From an uncultured Myxococcales bacterium (GTDB lineage: Bacteria; Myxococcota_A; Polyangia; Fen-1088): a stretch of 59,715 bases of DNA. Within the stretch, counting starts at the first letter, position 1. Each line of letters opens with the position of its first letter. The DNA is taken from assembly GCA_937889515.1 (NCBI GenBank), contig CALAOV010000175.1:1-59715 (forward strand), in the 5' to 3' direction. Shown one piece after another: positions 53,923 through 59,715 of this stretch. Below the pieces are notes generated by a model, which did not search any database, was not told the DNA's origin, and was given only the letters and a program-made list of their open reading frames with translations. Both the position numbers and the translations under genes were made by a program.

Positions 53923-55116
53923 CTAATGGGAACCCTGGGAGGGTTCCCAAACCCTCCCGCGATGGGTCCCGTCGGGCAAAGCCCGCCGGGACCCCACGCG
54001 ATCAGGCGCAATCTCTTCGCCGCGGCGGCGGGCGGCCAACGTCCCGCAGGCCGCGGCGATCTCGGCCCCGCCCGAGTAACGCCGGACCACGGGCACGCCG
54101 AGCGCGACCAGCGCGTCTCGAAACGCGCCCAGCTCCTCGGGCGTGGCGGGCCGATAGCGGCCGGTCTCGTCGGTGACGTCGATGAGATTCAGCTTCACCC
54201 GCATCCCGTCCAGCAGCAGCCCCAGCTCCTGCGCGTGCCTGGGCGTGGCGTTGACGCCGCCGATCACGACGTAGGCCAGCGTGACCCGGGTGCCGCGCGC
54301 CTCGGCGTGATCGCGCATGGCCGCCACCACCTCGGGCAGCGACCAGCGATCTTCGATCGGCATCAGGCGCCGGCGTTCCTGGGAGGTCGGCGCGCCCAGC
54401 GACAGGATGAGCCGGTAATGGTGCCCCTCGGCCGTGAAGCGCCGGATCGCGGGGAGCACCCCGGCGGTGGAGATCGAGATCGCCTTGGCGCCGATGGCCG
54501 GCCCGGCCGGATCGCTCAGGACCCGCGACGCGCGGATGACGTTGTCGTAGTTGAGCAGCGGCTCACCCATTCCCATGAAGACGGCGCCGCGTACCGGATG
54601 ATCGGCCTCGGCGGCGATGGCGCGGTGTTGCGCCAGGATCTCCCAGGTCTTGAGGCTGCGAATGCCGCCCAGGCGGCCGGTCGCGCAAAAATCGCAGGCC
54701 AGCGCGCAGCCGACCTGCGAGCTCAGACAGACGGTGTATTTCGCAGTCGGCAGCGCCTCCAGCGACCCCGCCTGCCCGGCCTGGCGGCGGACCTTGAGCG
54801 CGCGGGCGGCCGCCGGATCGGGCAGCGGAATGCGCACCGCCTCGATCTCGTACCCGTCGCCGGTGCGAAACAGGTATTTGACGAACCCGTCGGCCGCGCG
54901 GCGGCGTTCGACGACAGCCAGCTCCGGCCATTCGCAGGCGGCGTCCAGCGCCCCGGATGCCGCGTGCGACAGACCGCGAACCGCGCCAGGCGGGAAGCCG
55001 GCGGCGCCTTCGCGATGGACACGGGCGAAGATCCGACGGCCGAGCTCGGGGCTCACGCCGTGGGGGGCGACCGCCGCTTCCAGCTCGGCGCAATCGAGGT
55101 TGCGTAGGTTGAGCAC
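53923..55116 (-). CDS. RlmN/Cfr-family class A radical SAM RNA methyltransferase, divergent paralogue
   Basis: VCLSSQVGCALACDFCATG (CxxxCxxC), FMGMGEPLLN, ISISTAG, AAACGTL. GTG start 9 nt after an extended -10 element TGCTACCGT. Confidence 0.88.
   Translation of the reverse strand: MLNLRNLDCAELEAAVAPHGVSPELGRRIFARVHREGAAGFPPGAVRGLSHAASGALDAACEWPELAVVERRRAADGFVKYLFRTGDGYEIEAVRIPLPDPAAARALKVRRQAGQAGSLEALPTAKYTVCLSSQVGCALACDFCATGRLGGIRSLKTWEILAQHRAIAAEADHPVRGAVFMGMGEPLLNYDNVIRASRVLSDPAGPAIGAKAISISTAGVLPAIRRFTAEGHHYRLILSLGAPTSQERRRLMPIEDRWSLPEVVAAMRDHAEARGTRVTLAYVVIGGVNATPRHAQELGLLLDGMRVKLNLIDVTDETGRYRPATPEELGAFRDALVALGVPVVRRYSGGAEIAAACGTLAARRRGEEIAPDRVGSRRALPDGTHRGRVWEPSQGSH
53927..53995. repeat. 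Multi-hairpin palindromic element between convergent genes, overlapping the last codons of the RlmN-like gene
   Basis: TGGGAACCCT/AGGGTTCCCA (53927-53949); alternative GGGAGGGTT/AACCCTCCC (53937-53958); GGGTCCC...GGGC-AAA-GCCC...GGGACCC (53964-53995). Confidence 0.65.
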
Positions 55117-55263
55117 GTCAAGGCAACGGTAGCACAGGCCGCCGCCGCCCCCCGGCCGCGGGAGACGACCATCCCGCCCAGAAATTTCGGCAAAAAATCG
55201 CCGCCGATCGAGCGAGCCGGTGATTGGACAGTCAATCGCCCGGCATGCTATTCGTCGGACGGC

Positions 55264-56946
55264 GTGGGGCAAGAAGTGCGGCTGATTCCGAGGGTGGCGG
55301 CGGTGTTGGTGCTGGGGACGACCCTGGCGGCCTGCCATGGAGATCGTTCCAGCTGCGTCGGCTCCGGTTGCGCCTGGAGCAGCGCCGACTGGGCGCGTGT
55401 CCAGAGTCTGTCCTGGGCGCCCATCGAAGCGGACGCGGGTTTGCCGGTTGCCCCGCCGGCCGATCCGTCCAATCGCTTCTTCGACACGCCGGACGCGGCA
55501 GCGCTGGGGAAGCTGTTCTATTTCGACCCCCGCTTCTCCGGGAGCTCGACCCTGGTCGATTCGATCGGCCGCCCGGTCTCGTCCGCTCGAACCCCCAAAG
55601 GGTCGCCGACGAATGTGTCCTGCGCCTCCTGCCACGATCCCACCCACGCGGGCTCGGATATCAGCTCGATACCCAACACGGTGTCGATCGGCGCCGGCAT
55701 CTACGACGTCAACGGCCAGCAGACGCTCAACGCCGCCTTCTTCCCCCTGCTCTACTGGAACGGCCGCAGCGACTCGCTCTGGTCACAGGCGATCGCGGTC
55801 AACGAGTCCGGGTTCTCGATGAACGGCACCCGTCTGCAGACCTTTTGGACGATCGTCGACTATTACCTCGATCGCTACACGGCGGTCTTCGGAGATCCGT
55901 TGCCCCCGAGGATCACCCGATCGGAATTCCCGTCGAGTGGCAAACCCGGGGCCATGCCCGACTGCGTGAACGAGCGGTCCAAGTTCCCGTTTGATTGCAT
56001 GACCGACGGCGACCAGGCCATCGTCAATCGGGTCTTCGTCAACTTCGGCAAGGCGATCGCGGCCTACGAGTACACGCTGGTCAGCCGCGATTCGGCTTTC
56101 GACAAGTTCGTTCGCGATGGGCCCGGATCGGACTGGATCCCGGACGCCGCCAAACGGGGCGCCATGCTCTTCGTCGGAAAGGCCTCCTGCATCGACTGCC
56201 ACAACGGTCCGCTGATGTCGGACACCAAGTTTCACAATATCGGTGTCCCACAGTCGGGCGATCATGTTCCGACCGTGGCGGATTGCCCGACCGGCGGGGC
56301 CTGCGATTGCACACCCGGAGCCGAGACATCCACCTGCGCCCCCTCCGGCGCCTGGGCCGGAGCTCTCAAGTTCGGCGCGGCCACCGAAATGAAGAACGTC
56401 AAAACCGACTTCCGACGGGATTCGGTGCCTTGGAGCGACGACCCCGGTGGACCCGAGCCCTGCGCCACGACGGAGATCGGAGCCCAGCCCGCCTGCCCCG
56501 CCCCCGGCGATCCGCTCGATCCGTCGCTCAAAGGGGCGTGGCGCACGCCGAGCCTGCGCGACGTGGCGCTGACCGCGCCCTACATGCACGACGGCTACTA
56601 CCAGACGCTGACCGACGTGGTCCAGCACTACAACATGGGCGGCGTGTCGAGCGCCGCGACGGCGTTTGACCGCCCGGTTTGCGGAACGGTGGACGCAGCT
56701 CCCCCGGCCTGCATGGCCGCCGACGCCGGCGCCCACCTGGCCGCCGAGATCAAGCCGCTCGATCTCTCCGCCGACGAAGTCTCCGATCTGGTGGCCTTCT
56801 TGGGCACGCTCACGGGAGCGCCGCTGTCCAGAGACGCCAGCGCGGGCCCCGATCTTCCGTCCGCGAGCGCGTTCGTGGACGGTGGTGACGCCGGCGGTTT
56901 CGTGTCGAACGAGGGCGGCGTGCCCGACGCCGGTGCCTCTCCATGA
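55264..56946 (+). CDS. Di-heme cytochrome c peroxidase/MauG superfamily lipoprotein
   Basis: Lipobox LAAC; LGKLFYFDPRFS; heme motifs CASCH and CIDCH; LYWNGR; FHNIGV; GAWRTPSLRDVALTAPYMHDG. Confidence 0.9.
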   Translation: MGQEVRLIPRVAAVLVLGTTLAACHGDRSSCVGSGCAWSSADWARVQSLSWAPIEADAGLPVAPPADPSNRFFDTPDAAALGKLFYFDPRFSGSSTLVDSIGRPVSSARTPKGSPTNVSCASCHDPTHAGSDISSIPNTVSIGAGIYDVNGQQTLNAAFFPLLYWNGRSDSLWSQAIAVNESGFSMNGTRLQTFWTIVDYYLDRYTAVFGDPLPPRITRSEFPSSGKPGAMPDCVNERSKFPFDCMTDGDQAIVNRVFVNFGKAIAAYEYTLVSRDSAFDKFVRDGPGSDWIPDAAKRGAMLFVGKASCIDCHNGPLMSDTKFHNIGVPQSGDHVPTVADCPTGGACDCTPGAETSTCAPSGAWAGALKFGAATEMKNVKTDFRRDSVPWSDDPGGPEPCATTEIGAQPACPAPGDPLDPSLKGAWRTPSLRDVALTAPYMHDGYYQTLTDVVQHYNMGGVSSAATAFDRPVCGTVDAAPPACMAADAGAHLAAEIKPLDLSADEVSDLVAFLGTLTGAPLSRDASAGPDLPSASAFVDGGDAGGFVSNEGGVPDAGASP

Positions 56947-58427
56947 TCACCGCGCCGAGACCAGTTCGGCGGGCTTTCTCCGTCGCGCTTTCGTTGGTGG
57001 CATTCTGGGGGCTCACCCCCGCGGCGTCCCGAGCGGCCGAGCCGGAGGGCGGCGTCCCCTCACAAACCGCGGAGTCCGAGGCGCGACAGCCGGACGCCCC
57101 CGATGCGGACGAACCCGAGCCCGCGGCGATCGACACCCAGGCGCAGATCGACGATCTCCGCCAGCAGATGAAGGATCTCGAGGCGCGCCTCGACCAGACC
57201 CGTCAGATCGCCACCCTGAGGCGGCCCATCGTGAGCGTGGGCGGCTACGTCGACTTCGGTTTCTTCGTGCCCGAAGGGACCGGCGTGGGCATCATCCAGG
57301 ACGAGGGACCGACCCGCTATTTCCCGCAGTACGCCAACCAGTATGCCTGGGTGTTCCTGGGCGATCTGCTGGCGCCGACGGTGAACTCGCGCGGCGAGGC
57401 GGCCAGCCTGGGGAACTTCCCGGGCGTCGGTCGTTTCGACAGCGTGGACTCGACCGGTTCACCGAGCTTCATCGTCAACGAGGTCAACATGACGTTGACG
57501 GCGGCGCTGGCCCGAAACGCGCTCGCGACCGCCAGCGTCAACTTCATTCCCCGCTCGGGCCAGGACTTCTCCATCGGCGACTTCATGGAGGTCGACCTCG
57601 CCCAGCTCGAATGGATGCCGACGCAGTCCGGCAGGACGTCGATCTTCGTCGGCAAGTTCGATTCGGTGATCGGCATCGAGTACCGAGACCGGAAGTCCAA
57701 CCAACGCTTCGGCGTCACCCCTTCGCTCATCGCGCGCTATACGACCGGCACGCCGCTCGGGATTAAGGTCCGCAGCAAGCTGGGCGACGAGGAGCGGGTC
57801 GTCGTCGCGGCCTCGCTCACCAACGGATCGTCGACCACCGAGCAGTTCCACTTCTACGACGAGATCGACACCAACGCGGGTAAGACGGCGAGCGGACGCC
57901 TCTCGCTCCGGCCGCTGCCGATCGATCTCGAGGTCGGCGCCTCGGGATCCTGGGGTCCCCAGGACCACGACCCGACCGCCGGGTGGTTCACGAACCCCAG
58001 GGCGATGTGGTTCGTGGGCCTCGACCTGCTGGGGCACTTCGGGCCGCTCGACGTCAAGGGGCAGTGGCTCAAGGGGGGAGCGCCCGGCGAAGCCGCGGGG
58101 ACGGTCTACGATCCGAACCACAGCCCCTACGGTCTACACCTCCGCTATGGGGGCTACCTCGAAGCAGACTGGATGGCGACACCCTTCCTCGGTCTGCTGG
58201 TCCGGGGTGACATCCGAGACGCGGACGTCTGGCTGGGCGATCCGACCGCTCTCGCCGGCGCCGCGCGTCTGTATCTGACGCGGGAGTGGCGCGCGACCGC
58301 CGGACTACGGGTCGTCGTCAACGAACACGTCGTGGTCAAGGCGGAGTACCTGCATAATGGCGAGTACGGCGGGATTCCACAGATCGCGAACGATGTCTTC
58401 ACCAGCTCCCTTCTTCTCACCTACTGA
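56943..58427 (+). CDS. Probable outer-membrane beta-barrel (porin) with N-terminal coiled coil
   Basis: Signal peptide; heptad IDDLRQQMKDLEARLDQ; first strand IVSVGGYVDFGF; amphipathic strands ending TSSLLLTY. ATGA overlap. Confidence 0.78.
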   Translation: MITAPRPVRRAFSVALSLVAFWGLTPAASRAAEPEGGVPSQTAESEARQPDAPDADEPEPAAIDTQAQIDDLRQQMKDLEARLDQTRQIATLRRPIVSVGGYVDFGFFVPEGTGVGIIQDEGPTRYFPQYANQYAWVFLGDLLAPTVNSRGEAASLGNFPGVGRFDSVDSTGSPSFIVNEVNMTLTAALARNALATASVNFIPRSGQDFSIGDFMEVDLAQLEWMPTQSGRTSIFVGKFDSVIGIEYRDRKSNQRFGVTPSLIARYTTGTPLGIKVRSKLGDEERVVVAASLTNGSSTTEQFHFYDEIDTNAGKTASGRLSLRPLPIDLEVGASGSWGPQDHDPTAGWFTNPRAMWFVGLDLLGHFGPLDVKGQWLKGGAPGEAAGTVYDPNHSPYGLHLRYGGYLEADWMATPFLGLLVRGDIRDADVWLGDPTALAGAARLYLTREWRATAGLRVVVNEHVVVKAEYLHNGEYGGIPQIANDVFTSSLLLTY

Positions 58428-58446
58428 TGATTTCGCCGAGGTCGAC

Positions 58447-59373
58447 ATGAAGCGCGTATCCCAGTATCGAAAGCCGGCACTCCGGATGGTTGCGTCCCTC
58501 GTGGTGCTGGCGAGCGCGCCGGCCTTGGCCCTCGCGGCCGACGCCAAGGCAGAGGCGGGCCCCAGCATGGCGCAGTTCAACCGGCTGGAGCGCGAAGTGA
58601 CCGAGCAACGGCAGCTCATCATCCAGATGCTGCAGATGGAGCAGGACCGCTACAACATGCTCCTCAAGCTGATCCAGAGCGGGGGGTCGCTGCCGCCCGG
58701 GAGCGCCCTGCCCCCGTCGCTGCCGTCGCTCGAACATCCCGGCGCGCCGGCGCCCGAGGCGGAGACCCCGGCGGTCAACAACAAGGAGGGCACGGCGCTG
58801 TCTGTCGTGACCGGGCACGTTGCCGCGCGCTCGGGCAGGCTGAGGGACACCTATGTCTACCTGGATCAGGTGCGCGGCGGCGCGGCCCACGGTCGGACGC
58901 TGGAGATCAAACAGAAGGACAAGCAGTTTTCGCCCCAGGTCGCGGTGGTGCTGCGTGGAACCAACGTCGTGTTTCCCAACTTCGACTCCATCTACCACAA
59001 CGTCTTTTCGACGTCGGGCCGCAACAGCTTCGACCTCGGCGCCTATCGAGCGGGCGAGACGCCGCGGGCGGTGGTCCTTAGCACGCCCGGGGTGGTGGAC
59101 ATCTACTGCAACATCCACGCGCGGATGACCGCGGCCGTCCTGGTGGTTCCGAGCCCCGTCTACACCAAGGTCGGCGCCGATGGCAGCTTCCGGCTCGAGA
59201 ACGTTCCGGTGGGCTCGCGGAAGATCGTCGCCTGGAGCCCCAACGCCAAACCAGCGCAGCAGCGGATCGAGGTGACGCCGGAGGGCGTCCAGGCGACCTT
59301 CACGCTCGACACCGTGCCGCCGACGAACCACTCCAACAAGCTCGGTCAGCCCTACGGATCCTACAAGGACTAG
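58447..59373 (+). CDS. Exported cupredoxin-domain protein with coiled coil and C-terminal Ig-like domain
   Basis: Signal peptide; coiled coil; FSPQVAVVLRGTNVVFPNFDSIYHNVFS...YCNIHARM (His...Cys-x2-His-x2-Met type-1 Cu ligands); GSFRLENVPVGSRKIVAW. Confidence 0.82.
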   Translation: MKRVSQYRKPALRMVASLVVLASAPALALAADAKAEAGPSMAQFNRLEREVTEQRQLIIQMLQMEQDRYNMLLKLIQSGGSLPPGSALPPSLPSLEHPGAPAPEAETPAVNNKEGTALSVVTGHVAARSGRLRDTYVYLDQVRGGAAHGRTLEIKQKDKQFSPQVAVVLRGTNVVFPNFDSIYHNVFSTSGRNSFDLGAYRAGETPRAVVLSTPGVVDIYCNIHARMTAAVLVVPSPVYTKVGADGSFRLENVPVGSRKIVAWSPNAKPAQQRIEVTPEGVQATFTLDTVPPTNHSNKLGQPYGSYKD

Positions 59374-59379
59374 ACGATC

Positions 59380-59715
59380 ATGAGCGGGCGCGGCAGAGCG
59401 ACGGTCTGGCTGGCGATCTGCGCGATCTGCGCCGCCGGGGCCGCTCTGCGCGCCGCGGCCGTCTGGCGCGCGGGCAGCGCCGACACCGGCGAGGCGGCCA
59501 AGCTCGACGCCCGCGCCGGCGAGACGCGCGAACGCGTCAAGGCCATCCTGACGGCCGAAGAACGACCGCTGCAGGCGGAGGTCGCGCGCGCGGCCCGCCT
59601 GCCCGGCTTGCGTGCGGCGGTCGCCGACCGGGTCGACGCCGCGACGATCTTGGATCTCTTCGACACCGAAGAGTGGTGGGAGCCGTTCAAGACCCGGGAC
59701 GCGGCGATCGTCGCC
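59380..59715 (+). CDS. N-terminus of a membrane sensor protein (probably Cache-like periplasmic domain), truncated by the window end
   Basis: Not in the ORF track. Translates MSGRGRATVWLAICAICAAGAALRAAAVW...VDAATILDLFDTEEWWEPFKTRDAAIVA with no stop; starts 6 nt after the cupredoxin stop. The output domain is not visible. Confidence 0.6.
   Translation, partial: MSGRGRATVWLAICAICAAGAALRAAAVWRAGSADTGEAAKLDARAGETRERVKAILTAEERPLQAEVARAARLPGLRAAVADRVDAATILDLFDTEEWWEPFKTRDAAIVA

Noticed and set aside
55264-59373. Methylamine utilisation (mau) or methanobactin cluster
   Set aside because: No MADH subunits, MauD/E, MbnB/C or precursor peptide; only family-level similarity of the peroxidase and cupredoxin.

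Overview
A very GC-rich (about 70% by eye), gene-dense chromosomal window, most likely from a myxobacterium (Myxococcota). The evidence is the Ser/Thr kinase-TPR-FHA/sigma54 module, many Gly/Cys-rich lipoproteins and a FadF-like Fe-S protein. About 49 coding regions are supportable. Housekeeping genes include glyA, accD-folC, purM-purN, acs, acylphosphatase, a long-chain acyl-CoA ligase, an ABC1/UbiB kinase and a Trm112-like protein. I found no tRNA, rRNA, CRISPR array, transposase or integrase. The most interesting candidate systems are: (1) a tightly coupled five-gene operon (Gfo/Idh/MocA dehydrogenase, CDP-alcohol phosphatidyltransferase, GtrA, class III aminotransferase, PgpA) that reads like a pathway for an amino-cyclitol phospholipid head group, next to an MMPL transporter and a divergent EEP phosphodiesterase; (2) a 1294-aa exported protein built almost entirely of about 17-aa Pro-aromatic repeats; (3) a di-heme peroxidase, porin, type-1 copper protein and membrane sensor operon at the right edge; (4) a kinase-TPR-FHA/GAF/sigma54 activator operon with the same TGACA-N4-YGTCR palindrome at both ends and a candidate sigma54 promoter; (5) a two-kinase/FecR/outer-membrane-barrel operon with no response regulator. 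A DECD-box RNA helicase is frameshifted before its RNA-binding domain. Start codons were refined by hand from the ORF track. Functions rest on motif recognition only; no database searches were run.
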